In this document: piece after piece, positions 12,848 to 26,800 of the stretch
Layout of the letters: each line of letters opens with the position of its first letter
Numbering within the stretch: position 1 is the first letter of the stretch
Origin: Lama guanicoe
Lineage: Eukaryota
NCBI GenBank assembly: GCA_013239625.1
Contig: MU053185.1
Coordinates: 62,001-125,326, forward strand
Direction: 5' to 3'
DNA length: 63,326 bases
Notes under the pieces: generated by a model
What the model was told of the DNA's origin: nothing
Databases searched by the model: none
What the model saw: only the letters and a program-made list of their open reading frames with translations
Made by a program: the position numbers and the translations under genes

Positions 12848-14012
12848 CATAGGGCAATAGAAATAAAAGCAAAAATAAACCAATGAGATCTAATTAAACT
12901 TACAAGCTTTTGCACAGCAAAGGAAACCATAAACAAAAGAAAAAGACAATCTACGGAATGGGAGAAAATACTTGCAAATGATGCAACTGACAAGTGCTTA
13001 ATTTCCAGAATATACAAACAGCTCATATAACTTAATAACAAAAAATAAACAACTCAATCCAAAAATGGGCAGAAAACCTAAACAAGCAATTCTCCAATGA
13101 AGACATACAAATGGCTAATAGGCACATGAAAAAATGCTCAGTATTGCTAGTTATCAGAGAAATGCAAATCAAAACTGCAATGAGGTATCACCTCAAACCA
13201 TTCAAAATGGCCATCATTAAAAAGTCCACAAATGACAAATGCTGGAGAGGATGTGGAGAAAAGAGAACCCTCCTACACTGTTGGTGGGAATGCAGTTTGG
13301 TGCAGCCATTATGGAAAATGGTATGGAGAGTCCTTAAAAAACTGAAAATAGACTTACCATATGATCCATCAATCCCACTCCTGGGCATATATCCAGAGGG
13401 AACTCTAATTTGAAAAGATACATGCACCCCAATGTTCATAGAAGCATTATTTACAATAGTCAAGACATGGAAACAACCTAAACATCCATCGATAGATGAC
13501 TGGATAAAGAAGTGGTGGTATATTTATACAATGGAATACTACTCAGCCATAAAAAGAATAGAAGCATGCCATTTGCAGCAACATGGATGGACCTGGAGAC
13601 TGTAATTCTAAGTGAAGTAAGCCAGAAAGAGAAAGAAAAATACCATAAGATATCACTTATATGTGGAATATTAAAAAAAAGACACAAATGAACTTATTTA
13701 CAAAACAGAAATAGACTCACAGGTATAGAAAACAAACATGGTTACCAAGGGGGAAGGAGGTGGGAAGGGGTAAATCGGGAATTCAAGATTTGTAGATACT
13801 AACTACTATATATAAAATAGATAAACAACAAGTTTCCACTGCAGAGCACAAGGAACTATATTCATTATTTTGTAGCAACCTATAATGAAAAAGAATATGA
13901 AAAGGAATATATGTATGCCCACGTATGACTGAAACATTATGCTGTACACCAGAAACTGACACAACATTGTAAACTGACTATACTACAGTTAAAATTTTTT
14001 TTAATTAAAAAA
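12848..14012 (+). mobile_element. 5'-truncated L1 inserted into the ERV integrase
   Basis: L1 ORF2 C-terminus ([18 protein letters not shown]) plus 3' UTR; 15-bp TSD AATAAAAGGGGTAGA (12833-12847, 14013-14027); integrase resumes afterwards. Confidence 0.95.
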
Positions 14013-15012
14013 AATAAAAGGGGTAGAAACCAAAGGGACAGAACCAGGAGGTGATTGGCAAATAGATTTTACTGTTATGCCAAGAGCCATGGGAAATTAG
14101 AAATACCTGCTGGTATTTGTGGACACCTTCACAGGATGGGTAGAAGTTTTTCATGCCAGACAGAGAGCTTCCAACGTAACAAAGTCCTTACTAAAAGAAA
14201 TAATCCCTCATTTTGGGTTACCAGTTTCAATTCAAAGTGACAGCAGAGGAGCTCGCATAGCCAAGGTAACTCAAGAGGTGTCTGGGGCCCTTGGAATATG
14301 ATGGAAATTACATGCGTCATAGAGATCTCAGTCTATAGGAAAACTGAAAACATGAATCATACCTTAAAGAGACAATCGCTATAATATGTCAAGAAACCAA
14401 CTTAACCTAGGATAGGGTCTTACCAATTGCTCTGCTTAGAGTAAGAGCAGCCCCTAGAAGCAAGCTCCAATTGAGCCCTCATGAAATGCTGTATGGGAGA
14501 CCTTCCTTAAAACTAAGTTTTATTGCAGTCTTGAAACTGATCATATTATAAAAGAATTACATACTATAAAATATGCATAGTTTCTAGGTGTTACTTTATA
14601 TGCTTCTAGTCAATGTTTCTTACAGACGTTCCCCCACACTGCATAAATAAGGTCAGGGGATTGGGTTCTCCTCAAAACTTGGAAAAATCAGCCTAAATGG
14701 AATGGCCAGTTCCCAAATGGCACACTCTCCATGGATAGGAGGAAATAGGAGGACTCAACCATCGTAACATCATAGGGAAACCTACTATCAATTTCTCAGC
14801 CCCTAATTACAGTTGTAAACTCTTAACTGTCTTTAAATTACTTTCCAAAAAGAAACAGGACAGCTAAGACCCACCTTGGCCAGGAAGAGAAGACTGTTTC
14901 TCCCCAAGAGTCTAGACCAGGCCTATATAAATCCAAATTAAATCACTAAAAATGTTTTTAAAAAAATAACATGTTTTTCATGGATTCCCAAATGAAGAAG
15001 GCCTGTTAAAAT

Positions 15013-15600
15013 TAGCACCCCAATGTTCATAGCAGCACTATATACAATAGCCAAGACATGGAAACAACCTAAATGCCCATTGGCAAAGTACTGGATAAAG
15101 AAGCTGTTGTATATTTATACAATGGAATTCTACTCAGCCATAAAAAATAATAAAATAATGCCATTTGCAGCAACATGGATGGCCCTGGAGAATGTCATTC
15201 TAAATTAAGTAAGCCAGAAATAGAAAGAAAAATACTATATGATATCACTCATATCTGGAATCTAAAAAAAAGAAAAATGAACCTATTTACAAAACAGAAA
15301 CAGACTCACAGACATAGAAAACAAACTTATGGTTACCGGGGGGAAGGGATAAATTGGGAGTTTGTGATTTGCAGATATTAACTAATATATACAAAATGGG
15401 TAAACAACAAGTTCATGCTGTATAGCACAGGGAACTATATTCAATATGTTGCAGTAACTTATGGTGAAAAAGAATAAGAAAATAAATATATGTATGTTCA
15501 TGTAAGACTGAAGCATTATGCCATACACCAGAAACTGATACAACATTGTAAAATGACTAAACTTCAATAAGAAAAAAACATATATATACAGAAAAAAAAG
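15013..15600 (+). mobile_element. L1 3' end within the provirus
   Basis: MFIAALYTIAKTWKQPKCP motif, L1 3' UTR and A tail. Confidence 0.9.
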
Positions 15601-15717
15601 AAGTCATAGTTCTGTGTATCTTAGGGTTAATCCTTTTACTATTTATCGAAGAACTAGAGCAGTCATCGCCCTATTTCCCTCAAGATTGAGGGATGTACAG
15701 AGGAAAAAGGGAGGATT

Positions 15718-16173
15718 TGAAACAGCATGTAAAACACTGACCAACTTAAACTGGCTTGGCTTCCTTAAAATACATTGTTGATGAACCAAACCTGGAGTTT
15801 CTTTACAGAGACAGCGCTGTGCACATGCAAGACAGGAATCCATGTCTCCAGGATGACCCCAGAACCAAGAATCTTCATTGTACAGAACTCAAAGAATAGA
15901 AATGTTGCCTCCAGAGCCCTTTACGAAGTGAGAAGTCCTTCGGTAAGGAAAATCTGGCTTCCAGCAGTACAAGTAGCTTTGAGACAAGCCAATCAGCTTA
16001 TTCAACTAACCTCTTAAATTTCACCCCAACCTTGGATCGAGGAGACAGATTTCAGAGCCTTGCCTTCTGTTTCCTTGCCAGTCGACCTTGCAATAAAGCT
16101 TTCTTTCTTCAAAAGCTAGTGTCATAGTATTGGCTTCTGTGTGCATTGGGCGGCGAGCCCTTGCTCGATAACA
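15718..16173 (+). mobile_element. 3' LTR of the provirus
   Basis: Begins TG directly after the polypurine tract, AATAAA at ~16092, ends ATAACA. Confidence 0.8.
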
Positions 16174-16319
16174 GACACATGGTGATACACATACATCAAC
16201 AGACACAGATACACATTTACCCGTTTCATCACAAATTGGTTTATCTTATACTATAGGTCGCCAAACTGTGGCCTGCAAGCCAAATCCAGCCCACCATCAA
16301 ACCATGTGTTGTTTTGTAA

Positions 16320-19190
16320 TTTGTTAACGATTATTTTTAGAGCAGTTTTAGACTCACAGCAAAATTGAGAGAAAGGCACAGAGATTTCCCACACATTCCC
16401 TGGCCCCACCTATGCATAGCCTATGCCACCATCAGCATCCAGTAGCAGAGTGGGACATTTGTTACAACTGATGAACCTACATTGATATAATCACCTCAAA
16501 GCCATAGTTTATATTAGGGTTCATTATTGGTGGTGTATATTCTATGGGTTCAGACAAATGTATAGTGACATGTATCCATTATGATAGAAACCTACAGCTT
16601 TCACTGCCCTAAAAATCCTCTTCACCTATTCCCTCCTCCCTTCTCAACCACTAATATTTTTACTGCCTCCATATTTTTGAAATTGAGATATAACTGACAT
16701 ATACCATTACATTAGTTTCAGGTATACAACATAATTTGATATTTGTATATATTGTGAAAAGATCACAATTAGTTAACATCTGTTACCATACACAGTTACA
16801 AATTTTTTCTTATGATAAGAACTTTTAAGATTCAATCTCTTAACAACTTTTGAATATACACAGTATTATTACAGCATTATTAACTATAGTCACCCTCCTG
16901 TACATTACAACCCATGACGTATTTGGAAGTTTGTAATTTTTTACCATCTTGACACATTTTGCTCACTCCCCACCTCCTGCCTCTGCTCTGGCAGCTACCA
17001 TTCTGTTCTATATATCTATGAGTTTGGTTTTTGTTTTGGGTTTTTTGGTTTTGGTTTTAGGTTTCACATATAAGGGAGATCATATGTCATATGGTATTTG
17101 TCTTTCTCTGATTTATTTCACTTAGCCTAATGTCCGCCAAATCCATCTATATTGTCACTAATGTCAAGATTTCCTTCTTTGTATTGCTGAATATTGTTCC
17201 ATTGTCTATATATGCCACATTTTCTTTATCTATTCACCTATCAATGGACACTTAGGTTGCGTCCATGTCTTGGCTATTGTAAATAATGCTGCAATAAACA
17301 TGGGAGTGTATATATCTTTTTGAGTTATTGTTTTCATTTCCTTTGGATAAATACCTAGAAGTGAAATTGCTGGATTATATGCTAGTTCTATTTTTAACTT
17401 TTTCGAGAACCTCCATACTGTTTTCCATACTGGCTGTGCCAATTTACAATTCCATCAACAGTGCACAAGGGTTTCCTTTTCTCCACATCCACACCAATAC
17501 TTGTTATTTCTTGTCTTTATGATAATAGCCATTCTAACAGGTGCGAGGTGATATCTCATGTGGTTTTGATTTGCATTTCCCTGGTGATTAGTGACGTTAA
17601 GTACCTTTTCATGTACCTGTTGGCCATCTCTATGTCTTCTTTGGAAAAATGTCTATTTAGATCTTCTGTCCATTTTAATAATCAATTTTTTTTTGCTATT
17701 GAGTTGCATGAGTTCTTTATGTTGGGTATTAACCCCTTATCAGATTTATCATTTGCAAATATTTTCTCCCATCCAGTAGGTTGCCCTTTCATTTTGTTGA
17801 TAGTTTCCTTTGCTGTTCAGAAGCTTTTTAGTTTGATGAAATCCCACTTGTTTATTTTTGCTTTCCTTGCCTTTCCTTTTGGTGTCAAATTCAAAACACC
17901 ATCACCAAGACCAATGTGAAGTTTTCTACCGATGTTTTCTCCTGTGAGTTTTATGGTTTCAGGGATTACTTACGTTCAAGACTTTAATCCATTTTGAGTT
18001 GATTTTTGTGTAAAGACAGTGGTCCAGGTTCATTCTTTTACATATAGTGTCCAGTTTTCTCAACACCATTTTTTGAAGAGGTTGCCTTTTCTCCATTGTA
18101 TATTCTTAGCTCCTCTGTCCTAAATTAATTGACCATATATGTGTGGGTTTATTTCTGGGCTCTATTTTGTTCCATTGATCTAGGTGTCGTTTTTATGCCA
18201 ATACCATACTGCTTTGATTACTGTTTCCATATTTTTGTCTTTTCTAGAATGTCATATAGTTGGAATCATATACTATGTAGCCTTTTTAGATTGGCTTCTT
18301 TCACTTAGTAATATGCATTTAAGTTTCCTCTATGTCTTTTCATGGCTTGATTGCTCATTTCTTTTTAGCACTGATTAGTATTCCATTGTCTGGATTTACC
18401 ACAATTTATTTATCCATTCACCACTGAAGGATATCTTGGTTGCTTCCAAGCTTTAGACATTGTGGATAAAGCTGCTATAAACATCTACAAGCAAGTTTTT
18501 GTGTAAACATAAGTTTTCAACTCCTTTCAGTAAATAGTCAGGAATGTGATTCCTGGATCATGGTAAGAGTATGTTTAGTTTTGTAAGAAACCACTAGAAT
18601 GTCTTCCAAAGTGGCTGTAACCATTTTGCATTCCCACCAGCAATGAATGAAAGTTCCTTTTACTCCATATCCTAGCCAGCATGTACTGTTGTCAGTGCTC
18701 TGGATTTTGGGCATTCTAATAGGTAGGTAGTAGTTTCTTATTGTTGTTTTAGTTTGCATTCCTTGACGATGTATGATGTGGAACATCTTTTTGTATGCTT
18801 ATTTGCCATCTTTTTATCTTCTTTGGTGAGGTGTCCGTTAAGGTCTGTGGTCCATTTTAAAAATTGTTTTATTTTTTCCCTCTAACAGAGGCACTGGGGA
18901 TTGAACCCAGGACCTTATATACACCAAGCATGCACTCTACCACTGAGCTATACCCCCATCTCCCTGTGGTCCATTTTTAAATCAGGTTATTTCCTTACTG
19001 TTAAGTTTTAAGAGTTCTTTGTCTATTTTGGATAACAGTCCTTTATCAGGTTTATCTTCTGAAAATATTTTCTCCCAATCTGTGGCTTGTCTTCTCAGTC
19101 TTTTAACATCATCTTTCACAGGGCAGTTTTTAATTGTAATGAAACACAGTTTATCAATTATTTCTTTCAAGAACCATGTCTTTGGTGTTA
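16320..19190 (-). mobile_element. Nested L1 fragments: a younger L1 (~16680-18220) within an older L1M-type 3' end
   Basis: Minus-strand ORF2 motifs (PMFIAALFTIAKTW, FIHCWWECK, RQATDWEKIF). Confidence 0.85.
18861..18963 (-). mobile_element. tRNA-Ala-derived SINE (Vic-1-like)
   Basis: A/B-box tRNA head on minus strand, A-rich tail, TSD CTGTGGTCCATTTT. Confidence 0.85.
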
Positions 19191-21592
19191 TTAAATGGCT
19201 TACAGAGACATAAACTAGGTTTATTTGTCTGAATGCTAATTATAATATTGGTCTTCATTTCAAGTGAATTTTCATCTGATCTGCTGATCTCAGGGGAAAA
19301 GAGAAGTCTACTTCCCAAAGAAAGAAATCTGTCAGTATGTTCTTATTCAGACCATTGTTACCTTAATTGAAAATATTTAACCTGTAAAATGAGCCAGCTC
19401 ACATGACTACACATTTCACATGATGGGAAGATTGAATTTTTTAGGGAAGTGGCCAAATAGGTTCAAAATATCTTATATATCAAAGCAGACTGCTTTTTGG
19501 TTTGCTCTAACGCCAGGCTTCTTGGGTTAAATCCCATTTCCAACGTTTACATGTTAAATGATCTTGGGAGCCAACTGGAAAAGGATCCCACAGGCCAAAT
19601 ATGGGATAAGAGGAGCATCGATAAGAATCATTACTGCTTATGATAAATTTTAAGCACCAAATATGTCTAAATCCAGGATTTCATATTTAAAATATCTAAG
19701 AAGATATGTGAAAAATCTTCTTAGGAAGATGTTTGGAAAACTGATAGTTAAAGTGAAAGAGAGGAGCAGTTATCCTGACTTCCTATTCAAACTCCTACCT
19801 CAGGTTAACCAAAGCCTCTAGAACTATCAATTCAGAGGGAACAGCAAGGGAACATACTAAAGGACATCACAGGGATTTAATTGGCAAAACCTTGACTCTG
19901 GAGAAGTCTATAGGGCAACTGACCAAGTTTTTTAATAAATAATTTTCAAGAAAAAAAATCAGAGAGGGAACCTAGAGATTAAAAGGAACTTAAGAGACCT
20001 ATTAACAAACTGTGAAACAATTATGTATAGAGACGCTTGGGGCACATTGTTTGTACACTTCACATCAGTTCTTTCTTATACTCTAGCCATTGCTGGATTC
20101 TAAGGCTTGTGCTTTTAATAACCCTTAGGCTGCTCTGCTACTATTTTGTAAACTCTGTGTATCTGTGGATAAAGAGTACTAGAGAGAAGTCCGCTGATAG
20201 TAAGGTGAACTCCTTACCTTTTGGTCTCAGTTCAGTAATATACAAGGTACTTCTGGTGGTGCATGGGGGCAGGGGGAAACTTTTCTTCCAACCAGGAAGA
20301 TTGCTTATTAAGGAATGTTTTTATTCTTCAGTGACTCAGGAAAGGGGATCATCTGTCTTTATCTTTGGATTGTATTTAACTTTTGGGCTTTCTGTCAACC
20401 AACAACTTTGGCATTTTAAAAGGATTTTAGGACATTAGAATCTTCCTAATCCTCCTGCCCTCACAGTTTTCTTTTCATTCTCTTGGAGATAAGACACTCT
20501 TTTAGGCATTTAATTCTTTTCCTTTCAGCAATTTCTCTTGGAGGCATATTTTACATGTAAAGATTTGTGTTTATTTTTCTACAAATGCCATATAACCTGT
20601 CAGGTGTTTACTCCTGAGCCATGAAATTATTATTTTTGAGACTATCTTGACTTCTCCAACTAGCCTCAAAAAAAGGTTAGGTGATCTTGGTTAGCACAGG
20701 CCATGGGATTGATGCTTAATAAGGTTCATGAGTCCCCAAGGGTGACAATTTCCTGCAACCTGATGTGCTAGACATCTTCAGGGAAGGAAAGAGAGAGGGA
20801 AAGGGAAAGGATATAAATGATCCCTAGCTTCTTGAGGTTTGGCCAGTTATCTGAACAGGATGACTTTTGGGGGTGGGTGGTAAGCAGGTCATGGCTTTTG
20901 TGGTATGAGTTTTAGCTTCCAGTAAGGCTTCTTACCCCTACCTCACAACACAAAGGATCACATGATACAGTCTCATCAACTAAAGATGCCATGTTTGACA
21001 TAGAAGATAAAGTATTTGGTCATCTTTTTCTTCATTAACAGCAATATTTGATAAAAGAGGAGAAAGCACACTGGTGAGTACTTGAGGTGGCTATGATGGT
21101 TCATACTGAAGAGACAGAGGATTCCTAATGCAGTATTTTTGGGCATAAGGTAGCATTTCCCAGAATATATATTTGGGAAACATTTGGTCTGAGACACATT
21201 CATCATTTTTAAAAAGGTATATGATTAATTAATTTTGGAAAACACTGTATTATGACCCATCTCCTAGAGATTCACAGTACACATTATCACATTAAGGCTC
21301 TAAAAAGTACCACAATAAAAAAGCAAACTAAATGGTGTCAACGCCTACTTTCACTTCAAAAAAGAGAAAGGACTTCTTGTCTTGGGTGATCGCTGGATAT
21401 CATGTACAACTGCTAAACCGTACATACTCTTTAAAGCCAAAACACAGAAAATCACAGCAAATCAAACTCAGGTAGGAAAAACAAGGAAAATGCAGAATTG
21501 TCATTTAAAAAAATTTCCTGGGGTAGTGGTAGAAATTCTGAGGGAATGAATCTAGGATTTAAAGTAATTTGAAAAAGACATCCAGAAAAGAG

Positions 21593-21804
21593 CTTTTTTG
21601 GGTTTTGGGGGTTTGTTTTTTTTTTGATATTTTACTTTATTTTGATTTCTGTAGTATTTTATTTTATTTTATTTTTTAAACTTTTTTTTAATTGAATTAT
21701 AGTCATTTTACAATGTTGTGTCAAATTCCAGTGTAGAGCACAATTTTTCAGTTATATATGAACATACATATATTCATTGTCATATTTTTTTTCGCTGTGA
21801 GCTA
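21593..21804 (-). mobile_element. Short L1 3' end
   Basis: Reverse complement of the 3' UTR seen at ~5270-5400, long T-rich tail, TSD CCAGAAAAGAG. Confidence 0.85.
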
Positions 21805-23007
21805 CCAGAAAAGAGTTCTGTAAGCAAACTGACATGAGAAAATCTGGTCCAGAGAAAATGGGAAAATATAGATTAGGAAAGGTCACGTATGATCCTCAAA
21901 TGAGAATTGTTTCATTGCTTTTTTATTACAATACAATTATATTACAATACAATAAACAATTTCCTGAGCCTCTACTGTGACTACTCAAATGCTGATCTGA
22001 TGCCCTACAACAAGATACAGAGTTTGTACCAGAATATAACGCAATTCAATGCTTCCTTCATTGATAAAAGTCTTGCTTCCACAAAATATGTTTAACTAAA
22101 CAGTGTGTTTGGTGAAATACTCCATTTACACCCTGGACCAAGCTCTTATCTTGTTGCAGTTACTAAAGTTTGCAGATCAGCATTTAAAGTAGTACTGAAC
22201 TGGATGATATATGAGCACAAAGTCTGAAAAATTAGACAGGCATATTGTTAAGTAAAATAATTCAGGTTACAGGAAAGTATGATGCCATTTATGAGAAAAC
22301 TGTACGTGTGTGGGGTGAGTGTGTCTGTGTGTATACAAGGACTTCTGACTAGAAGAATCAATTTCAAAATAATAACTATGGTTATTTTGGGGTAGTAGGA
22401 TTTCAGGAGATTTTAACTTCTTTTTTATAATTTATTACACTATATTTTTTTTATAATGACCATGCATCATTGCCCTCAGTAGATCAGAAACTGTGAGGAA
22501 TCCCTGATATATGGAAAGCACATGGGAGAAAGCTGAAGAAGGAAATCACAGCCCCAAGTATCCAGTATAGGACTGATACAAAAGTGTTTTCCACTTTTGT
22601 ATCATGAGGAACAAGTAGCCTGGAGGCATCCAAGAGGGTGATAAGTTGGGCACCCACAGGAAGAACATGTACCTTTACCCACAACTGCTTCCTACTCCCC
22701 GCACGTAGCAGTGGCAAGAGCAGTGAGTGCTTTTAGATCAGAGCAGTATGTGTGGAAGCTCAGGTCAGACGGTTGGGACAGTACCCACAGGTGGCTGGTA
22801 ATACCCAGGAAGAACAAGGAGCATCCAAACCCAGAAAATCGGCACCTCACCAAAACCACGAGCTAATTCTCTCCAGTGTCACTAATAACTGGCCAGAGTA
22901 CAAGCTGCCCTACCCCTGACCTCACCTGGCTTTCTAAATTCATAAAGCTGAATGTCTAACAAGGAATCTCAAAATCAAACATGAGCACACAATCAAGAAT
23001 GATCATT

Positions 23008-23138
23008 GGTAGGGAGGATGTAGCTCAATGGTAGAGCGCTGGCTTAGCAAGCACGAGGTCTTGAGTTCAATCCCCAGTACCTCCGTTAAACAAACAAACA
23101 AACAAATTTAATAACCTCCCTCACCAAAAAAAAAAAAA
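23008..23138 (+). mobile_element. tRNA-Ala-derived SINE (Vic-1-like)
   Basis: TAGCTCAATGGTAGAG and GAGTTCAATCCC boxes, poly-A, TSD AAGAAT(G/C)ATCAT. Confidence 0.85.
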
Positions 23139-25761
23139 GAATCATCATCAAATGTTTGAAGAAAAGTTATAAAAATGAATTAAAAAAAGAAATATCAAAG
23201 TAAACAAATGGAAAAAAAAAACCCTTATACTCAAAACATTACACAAGCCCAAATTCAGAGACATTCTATAAAATGACTGGCTTAGGATCTTCAAAAGTGT
23301 CAAGCCATGCGATACAAAGAAAGATTGGAAGAATTGTGCCAGACTGAAAGGAGCTAAAAGTCATGACAAATAAATGTAGCATGAGATTCTGGATTGAAAC
23401 CTTTTGCTGTATAGGACATTTGGGGGATAACTGGAAAGGCCTCAGTGAGTATTATACAGTAGTAATATATCAATGTTTATCACCCAATTTTGGTTGTTGT
23501 ATTGTAGTTTTTAGGAGAATTTCCTTGTTTTTGCAGAAAATACACACTAACGTGTTTGGGCTGATGAAACATCAGGCCAACAACTTATTCTCAAATACTT
23601 CAGAAGCCATAAATTATTCGTACTAAGCTTTTAATTGTCTGTAACTTTGTGGATATTTCAAAATAAAAATACATACCAAAAATCTCAATTACACCCAAAG
23701 ATAAAGCATTAGCATAGTAAGAACAGTACTTTAGAATAGGTGTACTTAATATTCCCAGAGAGCAACAAAAAAATTTGTGTCCACAAAATAATAAACTAGA
23801 GGTCATGGAAATTAAAAAATTGATTGTTGGAATAAAAAAGCCAATAAATGGACTGAATAACAAAATAGGCATTGCTGAATAGCAAATTAGTGAGCTGGAA
23901 AATTAACCAAAGCAGTGCTCCCACAATACAATAGGACCAAGAGATGACAGAAATTGCAATCTGCTAATCTGCTTTCAAAAAAAAAAAAAGAATAGAGAGA
24001 AAATTCTCAAAGAAGTAACATGTAGAAAAGATATGAGAAAATAGAAATAATATATAACAAAGAATATAATAGATGGGGAAATTCCAAGAAATGACCAATA
24101 CATGAGTTTTAGCCTCAATCTTTAGAAAACAGAGGCTGAGGCTCAGTTTAAGCGCTGCTAAGATGCTGATTTAGTTAGAAGGCACAAACCCACAGCAATG
24201 AGGGTGAGGAAAATGGAACATTAGGCAGGGAAAGATGTGAAGAAATGTGATGTTATGCGTTATCATGCTGGCCACTGCTTCACAGTGAGCCACAAAGACT
24301 CAGCAGATCATTCATTGAGCAGGCTTGTCCGGTGGCTAGAAGGCAAAACCATGCCTCAGACCAACTGACAGTGTGGAAGAGGATGGTGGTGGTATTCATC
24401 TTCCAGGCTCCTTCTGCCTCCCATTTCTCATTGGTCAAGGCTCACTCCATGGGAGCTTCTTCCACACTTCAGAGAGACATTATCCAGCCTCTCATCAGCC
24501 CCTCAGGACACTAGATACTACCTTCTTGCGGTGTGACCACTTCACTTGATTCAGGAAGTGAAGAGGTGAGAAACACCAGCACAGAGACAAGGAGTGAGGC
24601 TTTGCTGGGTTATTTCCTAGCAGCTGATTGTTGAAATCCTCCTGTGGTCCATCCTCAAAAGCTATGACTTCACCAGGCAGAAAGAGGGAGATGGTCAAGG
24701 ATTCTGTGAAGGTATTCAATGTCCAATGCAATCCGCGTACTGAAAAGATCTGGTGAGTACTAAGCAGGATAATTTTTAAAAAGTGTTTCACTTGCAAACA
24801 AAGGGTAAAACATATTTCAGATAACCAGGATTTTAAAAAAAAACTAAAAACCTTCATTTAGAGGAAGAAGAATATTTACAAATGATTAAGAATGTGATTG
24901 GTGTCAGAATTTTTACCAGCATCATTAGGTAAAGGAGAAACAGAATAAAATCTTCCAAGTACTGAAGGAAAATAACTTTACACTCAGATTTCCACGTTCT
25001 ATTCAGCTATCACTCAAGTATGCGGGCAAAGTGGCAAAGTACAGATAACCCGAGGCAGAAAATGATTCAGAACATGGTCAAACATTGAGGTCCTTCATGA
25101 AATACTCCATGACATACTTAATTAAGGAGGAAAGTAAATCTAAGTGCAAGTGAAATACGAAAAGCAACGGTGAGTCAAAAAGATGACTAAACCTTAGTTT
25201 GGGGATAAATAAATGTTGACTGTTAAAGAAACAACGTTGGGTATCAATCTAGATCTGAAATACCAGAAGGTATTGACACGATAGTTAGAGCTGAATGGGA
25301 GAGGGAGTGGAGAAAATTAAAAGCTTGTGAAGTTTTTCATCTCCGTGAGCAGGAAGCCTATAAACTCCAATTAGTTCTAGAGAAAGTAAGAAAATCTTAA
25401 GTTAAATTCAATACTATTGATTAAATTCAATACTATTCCAATCAAAATTGCAGGTTTAATTTTCACAGAACATGATAAGCTAATTTTTAAAAATCTGTAC
25501 TAAATAGTGTAGTGGAAACTTTTGCTCTACCAAATATCATAATCTATTATAAAGCCACTGTAAATAAAACAGTATAATGACAGAGACAAATATACTGGTG
25601 GAAACATAGACTCCAGAAAGGGACTCATTATATATGGGAGTTTAGAGTAACAGTGACACCGCAAATTGATTAAGTAAGACAGATCACTCAATAAATGATG
25701 TTGAGACATCTGGCTATCCATTTGGAGAAAAAAGTAATATAATCTTACAGCAAACCAAGAG

Positions 25762-26800
25762 ATGGATTTACTGTGAAGCAAATGAAGCTTAAACCTGAGG
25801 GGCCCTATTAATAGCATGAAACTCCCCCCTGCCTCCATACACCTAAAGGTCTTGGAGGGGATCCCATGAATAAATTTAGGATAGGAGTGTGGATCTAGTG
25901 AGTGGAGTATATTTACATGGTCGACAGTAATTTCTGTGTATAATTAGGAAATTGTGACTTGTTCCATTATGTAGGAATGGCTTCCAGGAATATCCCTACC
26001 ACCTATTGGGCTAATGCCCATGATATAAAGTTGTCGGCCAGTGGTCAAATCAAGATATGAATGTGTCCTATGACACCTGCACTTGAAAATGTGATAGTGG
26101 AGGAGACATAAGGTGTCAGAAATACAAACTCTCTCCTTTCAGAAGAAATTTTGGAATGCAGTTTATACAATTACAACCATACAATATAGATTTTTCTTTT
26201 ATTGGGAAGAGTATAAATAGAAGTTATCAGAATGCCTGAGCTTGTTGGACATAAACCTGTTGAAACACAGCAAACAGCAAATGCCTCTGAATGTGAGGTA
26301 GACAAATATTTTATGTACCCCACTATCAGAAATAAGAAATTTTAATCAACCATGTTAGAAGGAAGTATAAGAATGTTCAAGGATCTCCCGGTAGATTAAG
26401 ATTAACTTTTAATTAGAAAACAAAAAGACCTTCATGAGTTTTCCACAAAGACTAGAAGTTCCTTGCCAGCAAGAATATTTTCTTTTGCTTTGTGACAAGA
26501 AAAGAAAGGACAAAAATAAAAGAGATTTCCAGAACACTACTTTCTGCTAAGCATCAAGAGGAAGCCTGATCTGGCCATTATTCTAATATCAGTCCAGATA
26601 TTGAGAAAATATATTAATTCCTCTATCTCCCTCTTACTAGATCAAACAATAAACGGTGTTGGTGCTTTTGATGCAAAGTTGCTTAAGAGTTCAGGAATCA
26701 AAGATTATCATCCAGAAAAGGAGCAGCCAAGAAATATTAAGTTAATTTCACTCTACTTAAGCAAAGGGAGTGAGTGGGGGAATGTTAGGTCAAGCTGTGA
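25762..26800 (+). mobile_element. Old hAT-family DNA transposon relic (Zaphod-like); right boundary uncertain
   Basis: GGATTTACTGTGAAGCAAATGAAGCTTAAACCTGAGGGGCCC resembles the Zaphod terminus as recalled. Confidence 0.4.

Larger units (their letters stand above)
8236..16173 (+). mobile_element. Degraded class I (ERV1/gammaretrovirus-like) provirus with gag-pro-pol remnants and 3' LTR; no 5' LTR seen, env deleted
   Basis: Pro-rich gag remnant with PPSY (~10530); protease HSFLYMPECPIPLLG (~10855); RT YCWIVLPQEFKNSPTIF (~11452); RNase H VHCPGHQK and GNNLADQA (~12372-12440); integrase WQIDF, VDTFTGWVE, FGLPVSIQSD (14056-14240); polypurine tract at ~15701-15715; many stops and frameshifts. Confidence 0.9.
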
